Shown here: piece after piece, positions 43,340-52,343 of the stretch | Numbering within the stretch: the first letter of the stretch is position 1 | Layout: each line of letters opens with the position of its first letter | Source of the DNA: an uncultured Gammaproteobacteria bacterium | GTDB taxonomy: Bacteria; Patescibacteriota; Microgenomatia; UBA8517 | NCBI GenBank assembly: GCA_964635715.1 | Contig: CAZWNZ010000001.1 | Coordinates: forward strand, 344,274 to 408,273 | Direction of reading: 5' to 3' | Length of the DNA stretch: 64,000 nt | The notes under the pieces: generated by a model | What the model was told of the DNA's origin: nothing | The model's input: the letters and a program-made list of their open reading frames with translations, nothing else | The model's database searches: none | Program-made: the position numbers and the translations under genes

Positions 43340-43999
43340 ATGTCAGATGGTTCTAATCAGGAAATAACAAGAAGGGATTTTTTAAAGATATTGGGAATTG
43401 GTACAACAGCCGCAGCGACAGCAGCTGTTATTTCAGCTTGTGAAAAAGTTACCTCTGAGAACACACCTTCACATGTAGAACTTGCAACAGGGGACAAGGC
43501 ATCTTTATCCATTAGTGGTCAGGAAGGCAAGAAAGAAATTACGTTTCGATATTCTGACCAATTTCTTCCCGATAAATTGCAGACATACAAGAATGGGGAA
43601 GAGTTTGTGGCTAAACCGTTTCAAAATGGTGCAGAGACAACCAGATGGTTGGGTGAGATAACAGAACTCAAGATTTCTCATATTGAAGGTATAAATCCTG
43701 ATTTGGCTGATGTGGTAAAAGATGTTGGCATATATCCGCTGACAACTGGACCTAAAAATAACGGAACCGGTAGAAAAGGACTATCAGAATTTGCAGATCT
43801 TTATGCAATACCTGTTATTGTTTCGGGGCCAGCCACCGAGTATTACGGGATTGACAATCCTCCTTTAGAGAAAAATATTCATTACAAGGATGATATTAAA
43901 GAGTTTGGTTTGGGGCTGGCCGTTGGGGTTCTTGATAGTACCAACCAGTTTTTTATGCAAGGCTATATTTGCGACGCCAGAGCGGTGGCTTTGAGTTAA
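43340..43999 (+). CDS. Putative lipoprotein with twin-arginine-like signal
   Basis: ITRRDFLK, hydrophobic stretch, ISAC lipobox-like site. Confidence 0.7.
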   Translation: MSDGSNQEITRRDFLKILGIGTTAAATAAVISACEKVTSENTPSHVELATGDKASLSISGQEGKKEITFRYSDQFLPDKLQTYKNGEEFVAKPFQNGAETTRWLGEITELKISHIEGINPDLADVVKDVGIYPLTTGPKNNGTGRKGLSEFADLYAIPVIVSGPATEYYGIDNPPLEKNIHYKDDIKEFGLGLAVGVLDSTNQFFMQGYICDARAVALS

Positions 44000-44015
44000 A
44001 ATTACCCGATTCGAT

Positions 44016-44219
44016 TTATTTTGAAGTTGGATTTTCTTCTTCCTCTTTAATCCTTCGTCCCTCAATAGCACCTTCTATATATGCTTTTTGTTTTTCGGGA
44101 TCCTCGTTGATAAGTTTTTGAATAGCCTCGACGGGTTTAGTTCCGGTTAGTTCATGAATTTTTCCGGAAGTACGAAGACTGTCGAGATTTTTTTTGTCAT
44201 TTTGTTCTTGTTCTGACAT
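44016..44219 (-). CDS. Small hypothetical protein
   Basis: 67-aa ORF with TGATAAAAAT just upstream. Confidence 0.5.
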   Translation of the reverse strand: MSEQEQNDKKNLDSLRTSGKIHELTGTKPVEAIQKLINEDPEKQKAYIEGAIEGRRIKEEEENPTSK

Positions 44220-44252
44220 TTTAGATTTTTATCACCCTTATGGATTAAAATT

Positions 44253-44876
44253 CTAGACCTTTTGTATTTGCAGGAAATCAAGCTCTACCGGAGTTTCGCG
44301 GCCGAAAATGGAAACTAAAACTTTAACCTTGCCTTTTTCATCGTCAATTTCGTGAATTGTACCGAGGAAATCAGAGAAAGGTCCATCAACAATTTTAATT
44401 GCCTCACCAACTGTAAACTTGGTTTTAAATCTGGGTGCGGGGGAGCTAATGAATTTTTCAATATTGGCAACTTCAGTTTCAGAAAGAGGGGTTGGTTTAT
44501 TTCCTGCTCCTACAAAGCCGGTAATTCCTGCTGTGGTTCTAACAGCAAGCCAGGTCGGGTCATCAAGTATCATTTTAACAAGAAGATAACCGGGGAAAAT
44601 CTTTTCTTTGATGGTAGCTTTTTTACCACTTCTTATGATAACTCTGTCTTGGGTTGGAACAAGCATTTCAAATACACGTCCATCAAGGTTCATAGTTTCA
44701 ACTCTTTGTTTGAGAGTATCCATAACACGCATCTCATGACCGGAACTGGTATGAACAACATACCATTTAGCATTAGGGTCGGTAGTTTGGGATATAGTAA
44801 TGTGACCCTGAATCTTCTTGCCTCCAGTGCCACGTTCAGCAACCACACTTTCCGGTTGATTGGTGTCTTGTTTCAT
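44253..44876 (-). CDS. nusG: Transcription termination/antitermination factor NusG
   Basis: WYVVHT, FPGYLLV, DGPFSDF, IFGRETPVEL. Confidence 0.98.
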   Translation of the reverse strand: MKQDTNQPESVVAERGTGGKKIQGHITISQTTDPNAKWYVVHTSSGHEMRVMDTLKQRVETMNLDGRVFEMLVPTQDRVIIRSGKKATIKEKIFPGYLLVKMILDDPTWLAVRTTAGITGFVGAGNKPTPLSETEVANIEKFISSPAPRFKTKFTVGEAIKIVDGPFSDFLGTIHEIDDEKGKVKVLVSIFGRETPVELDFLQIQKV

Positions 44877-44877
44877 A

Positions 44878-45063
44878 TTAATTGGTTAATATTTTAGTTA
44901 ATACAGACGTAAACAAATAATCAAGTCCTCCTATATAAAATCCTACTATTAACGAGACCAAAATTATAATACCCGTAAGTCTTACGACTTCGTCTTTCTT
45001 TGGCCAGGTAACTTTGGAAAGTTCACTTTTTACTTCTGAAAAGAAAGTAACAACTGATTTCAT
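44878..45063 (-). CDS. secE: Preprotein translocase subunit SecE
   Basis: EVKSELSKVTWP plus one TM; upstream of nusG. Confidence 0.95.
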   Translation of the reverse strand: MKSVVTFFSEVKSELSKVTWPKKDEVVRLTGIIILVSLIVGFYIGGLDYLFTSVLTKILTN

Positions 45064-45133
45064 CTAGACGTGAATTGTATCAAATTATTTCGAGACGCAC
45101 AAGATAGATTGTGTTTGAATGTTATAATTGGCC

Positions 45134-45523
45134 ATGGAAAGAGAAAGGGAGGAAAGGCATTCCAGATTTGAGCTTGAGAAAAAACCTAGGTTCAGGATTG
45201 CTGAGGGCTCGTGGGAATCTGTTTTGGTCGGGTTAAAAGACAAATATCCCGAAGATGTCTTTGGTGTTGAGGATGCAGATTATTGGGAGAAAATTGAAGA
45301 GAAGGCAACAATGGATTTAAAAGAGGCTTGTTTCCAATATTATTTGGCAGGGGTCGGACACCTTACTTTGGCTAGAAGAGTAGTAGGTAGTAATCGAGAA
45401 ATTAAAATTAGTGTGAGTCTCGGAACTATGACTATTAAAGATAAAGATGAGATTGCAAATAGACTTTCAGACTTTCTCTATGATAGCTATCCTGAAAAAT
45501 ATAGAAAAAAGATTGAAAAATGA
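45134..45523 (+). CDS. Hypothetical protein
   Basis: TGTTATAAT upstream of ATG 45134; overlaps the rnhB start (ATGA). Confidence 0.65.
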   Translation: MEREREERHSRFELEKKPRFRIAEGSWESVLVGLKDKYPEDVFGVEDADYWEKIEEKATMDLKEACFQYYLAGVGHLTLARRVVGSNREIKISVSLGTMTIKDKDEIANRLSDFLYDSYPEKYRKKIEK

Positions 45524-46197
45524 CTCTTCCAGATTTCTCTTTTGAAAAGAAAGCTTACAAAAATGGATTTCGGATAATTGCAGGAGTAGATGAAGTGGGG
45601 AGAGGGTGTTTTGCCGGACCAGTAGTCGTTGCGGCTGTAGCCTTCGAACTAACTCAAATCTCAAAATTCAAGATTCAAGATTATAACTCAAATCTGAAAA
45701 TCAACGATTCTAAAAAGTTGACACAAAAACAGAGGGAGCGGGTCAATTATTGGATAAAGAAAAATGCGCTTTGTTACGGAATTGGTAAGGCGAGTGTGAG
45801 GGAAATCAATAAGTTCGGAATTAAGAAAGCTACCGAGACAGCTTTCAGGCGCGCAATTAAAAACTGCAATAAGCGCGTAAATTATCTTTTGATCGACGCT
45901 TTTTATATACCTTATGTAAGGGGTTTAAGACGCAAAAATCAAATGCCTATTGTAAAAGGCGATACAAAATCGATTTCGATAGCCGCGGCCTCGATTATTG
46001 CAAAAGTTTATCGTGACAAGCTGATGACCAGACTATATCAGTACCCGAAATATAGAAAGTATAATTGGGATAAGAATAAGGGATATGGCACAAAAATCCA
46101 CTGCAATGCAATCCAAAAATATGGTTTAACAAAACTTCACAGGGAGAAATTTGTAGAAACTTATTTTAATAAGATCTCTTCTTCTCGAGCTCAATAG
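45520..46197 (+). CDS. rnhB: Ribonuclease HII
   Basis: GVDEVGRG, DSKKL, KGD, SIAAASIIAKV.RD, NKGYGT. Confidence 0.97.
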   Translation: MTLPDFSFEKKAYKNGFRIIAGVDEVGRGCFAGPVVVAAVAFELTQISKFKIQDYNSNLKINDSKKLTQKQRERVNYWIKKNALCYGIGKASVREINKFGIKKATETAFRRAIKNCNKRVNYLLIDAFYIPYVRGLRRKNQMPIVKGDTKSISIAAASIIAKVYRDKLMTRLYQYPKYRKYNWDKNKGYGTKIHCNAIQKYGLTKLHREKFVETYFNKISSSRAQ

Positions 46198-46360
46198 AAT
46201 GAGCGATGCGATATTTGTCTTCTTTCCTTCTTTCGGAAGGTTTTTTATAATGCTCGCGGTCACGGTATTCTTGCATTACACCTTCTGTAATTGTTTTTTT
46301 ACGAAAGCGCGCAATGAGCTTGTCATCGCTTTCTCCTTTTTTCTTTTTAATTATAAACAT
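46166..46360 (-). CDS. rpsU: 30S ribosomal protein S21
   Basis: GES.DKLIARFRKK, REHYKKPSERR. Confidence 0.9.
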   Translation of the reverse strand: MFIIKKKKGESDDKLIARFRKKTITEGVMQEYRDREHYKKPSERRKEDKYRIAHSIELEKKRSY

Positions 46361-46458
46361 TTATAAATTAGTCGCCTCCTTTCCAGACCAGAGACCTTTC
46401 TGGTCGGTGGTTTTCTTCCTCTAGCTTGTAATTTTAACATATGCTATTATTTCTTGTA

Positions 46459-47466
46459 ATGTCTAAAAAGATAGCATTAATTACAGGAATTACGGGCCAG
46501 GATGGCTCTTATTTGGCAGAACTTCTTCTCAAAAAAGGATATACAGTTGCCGGAACTGTTAGAAAAACCAGTAATATAAGGTATGACAATATCGGTCATA
46601 TTCAAGATGAGTTGATTTTAATTCAGGCGGATTTGGTAGACCCGATTTCTCTTAGAGAAGCAATACAAAAGATTAAGCCCGATGAGGTTTATAATTTGGC
46701 TTCTCAGTCTCACCCTGCAGAAAGTTTTCGACAACCGATTCATACGGCAGAGATTACTGCGATCGGAGCCCATAGAGTTCTTGATGCGACTCTTGATGTA
46801 GTTCCGAAAGCGAAGTTTTATCAAGCAAGCTCCTCCGAAATGTTCGGATGGGTTAGAGAAATTCCCCAGAATGAAGAAACTCCATTCAATCCCGCCAACC
46901 CTTATGCAGCGGCTAAACTATATGCTCATGCAATGACCAGGATTTATAGGAATAGCTACAATATGTTTGCCGCGAATGGAATTCTATTTAATCACGAATC
47001 TCCACGGCGCCATCTTGGGTTTGTAACACAAAAGGTAACTTATGCCGCGGCTTGCGCCAAGCTCGGAATAAAAAATTCAGAACATCTTAATGAGGAGGGC
47101 GAACCAATTGTAAAGGCAGGAAAAGTTGCTTTGGGAAATTTGCAGGCAAAACGCGATTGGGGATTTGCTGGAGATTATGTTGAGGCAATGTGGTTAATGC
47201 TTCAACAGGATACCCCGGACGATTTTGTGATCGGTACCGGTGAAACTCATACTATTCAGGAACTTTGCGAAGAAGCCTATGATTATGCCGGACTTAAGTG
47301 GAAAGACCATGTTGTAATTGATAAGAGATTTATTCGTCCAACTGAAACTGGGCCTCTTGTTGCGAATCCAACCAAAGCCAAAAAAGTGTTAGGTTGGACC
47401 CCAAAAACCTCATTTAAAGAATTAGTTCACCTCATGGTGGATGCACAAGTTGCCAGGCTTAAATAA
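46459..47466 (+). CDS. gmd: GDP-mannose 4,6-dehydratase
   Basis: ALITGITGQDGSYLAE, YQASSSEMFG, NHESPRR, KRDWG. Confidence 0.96.
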   Translation: MSKKIALITGITGQDGSYLAELLLKKGYTVAGTVRKTSNIRYDNIGHIQDELILIQADLVDPISLREAIQKIKPDEVYNLASQSHPAESFRQPIHTAEITAIGAHRVLDATLDVVPKAKFYQASSSEMFGWVREIPQNEETPFNPANPYAAAKLYAHAMTRIYRNSYNMFAANGILFNHESPRRHLGFVTQKVTYAAACAKLGIKNSEHLNEEGEPIVKAGKVALGNLQAKRDWGFAGDYVEAMWLMLQQDTPDDFVIGTGETHTIQELCEEAYDYAGLKWKDHVVIDKRFIRPTETGPLVANPTKAKKVLGWTPKTSFKELVHLMVDAQVARLK

Positions 47467-47484
47467 ATTGGCTATGATTGGTTA

Positions 47485-48741
47485 ATGCCTCCTCTGAATC
47501 GTTTTAAATTTATTGGTGGAATTGCAAGAGATGATGTTTTTCCGAAAGTGTTAAGTCTTTCTTCAATACTTTTCTTTATCTTTATCGCAGATGCAATACT
47601 AAGCTTTTGGGTACCAAATTTCTTAGAAGATTCATTGCATGGAAGTGCTTTTGTTATGGGTTTGGTATTTAGTTTTTCTTCAATAGTTGGACTTTTAACA
47701 GATTTACTTTTCCCTTCGCTTCTTAAAAATTTTACTGTAAAAAAATTAATTCTTTTTGCGGGACTTTTAGGAGTCGGGTTTTTGGGTATCTTAATGTTGG
47801 GTACAAAATTGCCGGTTGTTTGGGTTTTTCTTTTGGCAATGGCGATGTGGGGTGTTTATTATGAATTTTTGGGATTTAGCTCGCAGCAATTTATTGCTGA
47901 TACAGTGCCTTTGAAGCTTCGTACGTCAGGGTGGGCCATTCTGGGAACTTTTAAAAACCTTGCTTATTTCCTTGGTCCAATACTTGCAGGTTGGCTTTTA
48001 TTGCAAGGTAATTACACATTGGCGATTATTGTTGGGATTTTTATTGTAATAGGAATATCGATACTTTTGTTTGTCAGCAAAAAGCATGAAAGGCCTGTAA
48101 GCTTCAATGTTACTGAGGTAAATCTTTGGAAGGAGATGGATCACTGGAAAGTACTTTTTAAAGCAGTATGGCCAATAGTTTTGATAAGTATTTTCTTGGG
48201 GTTGATAGATGCCACTTTTTGGACTTCGGGAGCGGTTTGGACAGAAACACTTGTAAAGGAAAGTTTTTGGGGTAATTTTTTGCTTCCAGTTTACCAAATG
48301 CCCGCACTTTTTATGGGTTTTGTGGTTGCAAAATGGGGGATATATAAAGGTAAGAAAAAAATGGCTTTAAAGTTTCTATTCCTTGCTTCTTTGTTTTTGA
48401 TTCTTATGGTTTTTAATATGCCGGTATCACTTTATATAATGTGCGTTTTTATGAGCAGCTTGATGCTTGGGGTTACATATCCTTTGATTGATGCTACATA
48501 TACCGACATTATTGCCAGAATGGGCAGGGAAAGAAAACACCTTGTGGGACTTAGCAATTCCACTTCCACAATAGCTTATATAATTGGCCCGATTGTTGCA
48601 GGTTTTGCGGCAGATCGAATCGGGAATAAAATGACATTTGTTTTGATAGGAGCGGTTACTTTGATTGTTGCTTTGGTTTTATATTTTGCGACTCCTAGAA
48701 AACTTAAGCTTCCGGAGAGTGAAATTCAGGCTTGGGAATAG
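47485..48741 (+). CDS. MFS transporter
   Basis: About 12 hydrophobic segments; GPILAG / GPIVAG motifs. Confidence 0.85.
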   Translation: MPPLNRFKFIGGIARDDVFPKVLSLSSILFFIFIADAILSFWVPNFLEDSLHGSAFVMGLVFSFSSIVGLLTDLLFPSLLKNFTVKKLILFAGLLGVGFLGILMLGTKLPVVWVFLLAMAMWGVYYEFLGFSSQQFIADTVPLKLRTSGWAILGTFKNLAYFLGPILAGWLLLQGNYTLAIIVGIFIVIGISILLFVSKKHERPVSFNVTEVNLWKEMDHWKVLFKAVWPIVLISIFLGLIDATFWTSGAVWTETLVKESFWGNFLLPVYQMPALFMGFVVAKWGIYKGKKKMALKFLFLASLFLILMVFNMPVSLYIMCVFMSSLMLGVTYPLIDATYTDIIARMGRERKHLVGLSNSTSTIAYIIGPIVAGFAADRIGNKMTFVLIGAVTLIVALVLYFATPRKLKLPESEIQAWE

Positions 48742-49156
48742 TATTTAATATTTGAGTTGTGGAGGGGGATTCAGTTTTTGTAATTTTGACAAACTTCGCG
48801 TCCACTGCTTTTGCTTGTGCACTTCTCTTTTTTGTAATTGGATCATCTTTTGTTATAGCTATTATTGATGGTTTGACCTTTTTTACGAGATCAAGATAAT
48901 CTTTGTCATTCATTTTATCTTTAAGAATGATTACTTCATCTACACACCTCAGGGTAAGTAGCATTTCTTTGCGTTGATTTTGATTATGAACAGGGCGTCC
49001 TTTGCCTTTAAGTCTTTTAAGATTCGTATCGGATTCCAAGGCGACAATTAAATAATTTCCAAGCGCCTTTGCTTTATTAAGAAATTTGATATGTCCAAAA
49101 TGGAGAACATCAAAGCACCCACCAACAAGAACTTTATTGATTTTTGAGTTTGTCAT
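48704..49156 (-). CDS. Cytidylyltransferase-like nucleotidyltransferase (RibL/TagD/RfaE-II family)
   Basis: GGCFDVLHFGH, KGKGRP, STTQI. Confidence 0.88.
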   Translation of the reverse strand: MTNSKINKVLVGGCFDVLHFGHIKFLNKAKALGNYLIVALESDTNLKRLKGKGRPVHNQNQRKEMLLTLRCVDEVIILKDKMNDKDYLDLVKKVKPSIIAITKDDPITKKRSAQAKAVDAKFVKITKTESPSTTQILNTIPKPEFHSPEA

Positions 49157-49799
49157 TGAATTCTGCAATTATGTTTATAGCCTGTTTAATAGTTTCGTTA
49201 AGCTTTCCTTGCGTATTCTCAAGTGGTGTGGCAAATTGGAAAAGTATTTTTAAATACGGTTTTTCCTGCTCGTCGCGGACGATGTATTCTTTAGGATTAT
49301 AGTTTTTCTTATCGCGTCCGATACGCCTTTTCTCGATATCTTTTTTTGGTGCCGTTATAAACAAAACCAAAGTATGTTTTTGTAAGCTATCGGCATTTTC
49401 CGGAAATATTTTTTTAAAAAAGTCACCTGTTGCGATATCCGAAGCTCTCGATGGATCAATTCTCCAAATAAGTTTTTCATTGCAAAAAACTCTTTCAACC
49501 TCTTTTTTAGTTGTGGCTTTGTTGGAAGTACCAGTTTTTGTGATTGGTTCGACCAAATCTCCATTTTTTGCCATCTCTTGCATTTTTTCTGTTGTAACAA
49601 AATGATATTCACATCCGTCGGTTTCTCCCGGTCGGGGAGGGCGGTCAGTACTGGTAACTATTTTTGAAAAGCCCAAGTTTTTTATTTTCGTACTTCCCAT
49701 AACTCCGTTCATAACGTCATCTTTTCCCGCACCCGAAGCTCCTGTGATTACAATTAAGTTACCGATTTTTACATCTTTCATATCATTTTTTTGGCACAT
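49134..49799 (-). CDS. gmk: Guanylate kinase (divergent)
   Basis: ITGASGAGKD, TSTDRPPRPGETDG.EYHFV. Confidence 0.85.
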   Translation of the reverse strand: MCQKNDMKDVKIGNLIVITGASGAGKDDVMNGVMGSTKIKNLGFSKIVTSTDRPPRPGETDGCEYHFVTTEKMQEMAKNGDLVEPITKTGTSNKATTKKEVERVFCNEKLIWRIDPSRASDIATGDFFKKIFPENADSLQKHTLVLFITAPKKDIEKRRIGRDKKNYNPKEYIVRDEQEKPYLKILFQFATPLENTQGKLNETIKQAINIIAEFNDKLKNQ

Positions 49800-49865
49800 T
49801 GTTATTTTATATCTTTTAGTTTGGTGAAGAAACACTTTACTTTTACAAACAGAAGTGCGTAAAAT

Positions 49866-50303
49866 TTGCTGATGATTTCAGAAAGACAGGAAGTGTCCGG
49901 TATAATTTTCGAAAGGAATTCCAATCGGGATTTTTTTGAGTCAGTTTCTTCTTTAGTTAAAGTTTTAAACACTGCAAATATAAATGATGTTCGTTTCCTA
50001 AATTTAACTGGAAGTATAAAATTTGTTGTTTTTGAAGAAGCGGATAAAATAGGGAATACTGTTTTTGTGTTGCCACCCGGAAAATCTCTGGATCATAGTA
50101 AAGAAGTTCCTGCACAAATTTCAAAAATGCTTGATTCAGAGGGGATTGTCAGGATAACCGATTTTATGAGCGGCGAGATTGGAAACAACAGCAGCGGATG
50201 GTCGGTAAGAAAAATTTTTGATAGGTGGGGGGAAAGTTACGGAGAATATTTTAAAGATCTTTGTTTATTTGGTTGTCCGGTAGAAACAAACATCTGTTTA
50301 TAG
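49866..50303 (+). CDS. Hypothetical protein
   Basis: 145-aa ORF ending at tRNA-Trp; start uncertain. Confidence 0.55.
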   Translation: MLMISERQEVSGIIFERNSNRDFFESVSSLVKVLNTANINDVRFLNLTGSIKFVVFEEADKIGNTVFVLPPGKSLDHSKEVPAQISKMLDSEGIVRITDFMSGEIGNNSSGWSVRKIFDRWGESYGEYFKDLCLFGCPVETNICL

Positions 50304-50374
50304 CAGGGGCGGAGGGAATTGAACCCCCATTAACGGTTTTGGAGACCGCTGTTCTGCCGTTTAACTACGCCCCT
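50304..50374 (-). tRNA. tRNA-Trp(CCA)
   Basis: Acceptor AGGGGCG/CGCCCCT, anticodon arm GCGGT-CTCCAAA-ACCGT, T arm GGTTCAATTCC. Confidence 0.93.
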
Positions 50375-50482
50375 AAGTGCCTTCATATTATACCTTAAAT
50401 GAATTTGAATTGAAAAATAGGATGTGGTGTAGTAAACTCCACTATAGGTCGCAAATTAACATGGTTTTCTAAGGAGGGATAT

Positions 50483-50728
50483 ATGTGTGGATGGACAAAG
50501 AAGACGGATGGAACATTCGTCTTCTTAGGTTTATATCGAGAACCTGTGTGTGGTCCAAAGCCGGGTGACATAGTATTTGAGGAAAGTACTCATACAAAAA
50601 ACGTAGTACTTCCAGATGGTACTTTATCACCGACAGGTAGATTTGAGATAGTTCCTTGTATGGGGACTTTGTCTATGAGATTTCGAGTCCCCTTAAACAG
50701 AGGACGCACTGTCACGATAAAAACATAA
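50483..50728 (+). CDS. Small hypothetical protein
   Basis: Strong Shine-Dalgarno AAGGAGG upstream of the ATG. Confidence 0.55.
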   Translation: MCGWTKKTDGTFVFLGLYREPVCGPKPGDIVFEESTHTKNVVLPDGTLSPTGRFEIVPCMGTLSMRFRVPLNRGRTVTIKT

Positions 50729-50756
50729 AAACCGCATAATTTTTTAGTCATTGGTA

Positions 50757-50866
50757 CGAGCACATGTGACCTGGGAGAACAAAAAAGATAATCAATCAAA
50801 AAATATAAAGCCTTAATCCTTGCAAGGATATTTTTTGAAGTAATTTATTTTGTTCTCCCGTGCTCG
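50757..50866. other. ~110-nt rod-like hairpin (candidate ncRNA or miniature element)
   Basis: Nested pairings CGAGCAC/GTGCTCG, GGGAGAACAAAA/TTTTGTTCTCCC, TCAAAAAATAT/ATATTTTTTGA. Confidence 0.6.
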
Positions 50867-50950
50867 AAGTTTTTTGCTTTACCAAAAAAACAGGGCGTTC
50901 CTATACAAAATCTCTTTCATATAAAAACGCCCTTTGCGCAAATTTTACAA

Positions 50951-51289
50951 TTACAGGTTAAGATCCTTTATAAATTTATTAACTTCTTCGTTAATAAAAT
51001 TTACGATTGGATTTGGGTCCACGTTACAATTATGATCGTAATGTTCTCGGATTTGCCGGGAAATTTCTGAAGCCAGATAATACACAAAAGCGACTTTGTC
51101 AGTATTCATCCAATTCCTTTCGACGCGAAATGGATAGCCATTCCGACTAACCGACAAGTAACCGGAAATTTTCCAACAATGCTGGTGTTTACTACCGTTG
51201 AGTAAAGCAATGTACAATTCTACATTACTTTCTTTCCCCCCGCCTCTGTTGTTTGCAACTACGGCACTTGCAGCATGTTCGATTTTCAT
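50951..51289 (-). CDS. Hypothetical protein
   Basis: ATG at 51289 with GGGAG upstream and a TTGATT-17-TACTAT promoter. Confidence 0.6.
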   Translation of the reverse strand: MKIEHAASAVVANNRGGGKESNVELYIALLNGSKHQHCWKISGYLSVSRNGYPFRVERNWMNTDKVAFVYYLASEISRQIREHYDHNCNVDPNPIVNFINEEVNKFIKDLNL

Positions 51290-51450
51290 TGCATTTCTCC
51301 CTGTTGTGTAATGTGCGATTTCACCGTTAGGTGATGGGGGAATAGTAACACAAAAAAGATAACCAATCAACACTATAAGTTATTTTTGCAGCCAATTTAG
51401 GAAAAACGCTTTTGGTTTATTTAATAAAGAGTAGTAAAATACTTCGAATT

Positions 51451-51900
51451 ATGGAAAATTTAGAATCTAAACCTTCGGCTGAAAATATACTAATTGGTGA
51501 AAAATTCCAATCAGGAAAGGAAATAGATGATTGGGAAAAGAACTGTATTTTCGAATCTGCAATAAAACACACATCGAATTTAGTCAACGAAAGAACCGAT
51601 GAAATTCTTGGATTTAGCCAAAAAAATCAGGAAACAAAACGCCATTTAAGCATAATTATTTTGGATAGAATCAATTTTTTATACCAGCCTGGGGTAGAAA
51701 TGGATTTGTTTACTGAAGTTAAGACGTCAATGTGTAAAGACTTTCTCATTAGTCCCGAAAATTTGCCGGATGAAGCATTTCATTCATTTTTGACAGGTAT
51801 TTTGGATAAATATTTTGATAAGGAGATTTCTGCTCAAGTGAGGGTGGATATGCGATACATAACAGAAATGGCCGACAAGATGTTGCCTTTGAAAAAATAA
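51451..51900 (+). CDS. Hypothetical protein
   Basis: ATG at 51451 preceded by TAAAAT. Confidence 0.6.
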   Translation: MENLESKPSAENILIGEKFQSGKEIDDWEKNCIFESAIKHTSNLVNERTDEILGFSQKNQETKRHLSIIILDRINFLYQPGVEMDLFTEVKTSMCKDFLISPENLPDEAFHSFLTGILDKYFDKEISAQVRVDMRYITEMADKMLPLKK

Positions 51901-51904
51901 ATAT

Positions 51905-52096
51905 TTACTTTAATTTGGAAGACTCTTTATGAAGTTGGGCTTTTTTGCAAACGTGGCAATACTTCTTCAGTTCAAGTTTTGTACCTTTTTTACCTTTTGT
52001 CTCCATGTTAACTTTGTTTCTGGTTGTAATGTAATTTTGGCTTTTACAAACAGTACAAACTAAAGCAACTGCTTCTCTTGCGCCTTTCTTTGCCAT
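51905..52096 (-). CDS. rpmG: 50S ribosomal protein L33 (Cys-containing)
   Basis: LVCTVCKSQNYITTRNK, LELKKYCHVC...HKE. Confidence 0.96.
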   Translation of the reverse strand: MAKKGAREAVALVCTVCKSQNYITTRNKVNMETKGKKGTKLELKKYCHVCKKAQLHKESSKLK

Positions 52097-52171
52097 GAGG
52101 ATATTTTAGCAGAAGTGAGGTGGAGAGGCAAGCTGCGGTTTGATATAATTAGCTTTGCACTTTCTTTGTTT

Positions 52172-52243
52172 GCCTGGGTAGCTCAGTGGTAGAGCACGTA
52201 CTTGGTAAGTACGGGGTCGTGAGTTCAATCCTCACCTCAGGCT
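52172..52243 (+). tRNA. tRNA-Thr(GGT)
   Basis: Acceptor GCCTGGG/CTCAGGC, anticodon arm CGTAC-TTGGTAA-GTACG. Confidence 0.95.
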
Positions 52244-52301
52244 CAAAAATGTTTTCGCTCCGCCCTTCGGGAGAGCACTTCTTGGGGGTGTGATTTCATC
52301 A

Positions 52302-52343
52302 TAAGTACGGGGTCGTGAGTTCAATCCTCACCTCAGGCTCAAA
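52302..52343 (+). repeat. 42-bp exact duplicate of the tRNA-Thr 3' half
   Basis: Identical to 52206-52247. Confidence 0.92.

Noticed and set aside
46166-48741. Convergent 3' overlaps (rnhB/rpsU; MFS/nucleotidyltransferase) as antisense regulation
   Set aside because: Overlaps of 30-40 bp are ordinary in compact genomes, and there is no further evidence
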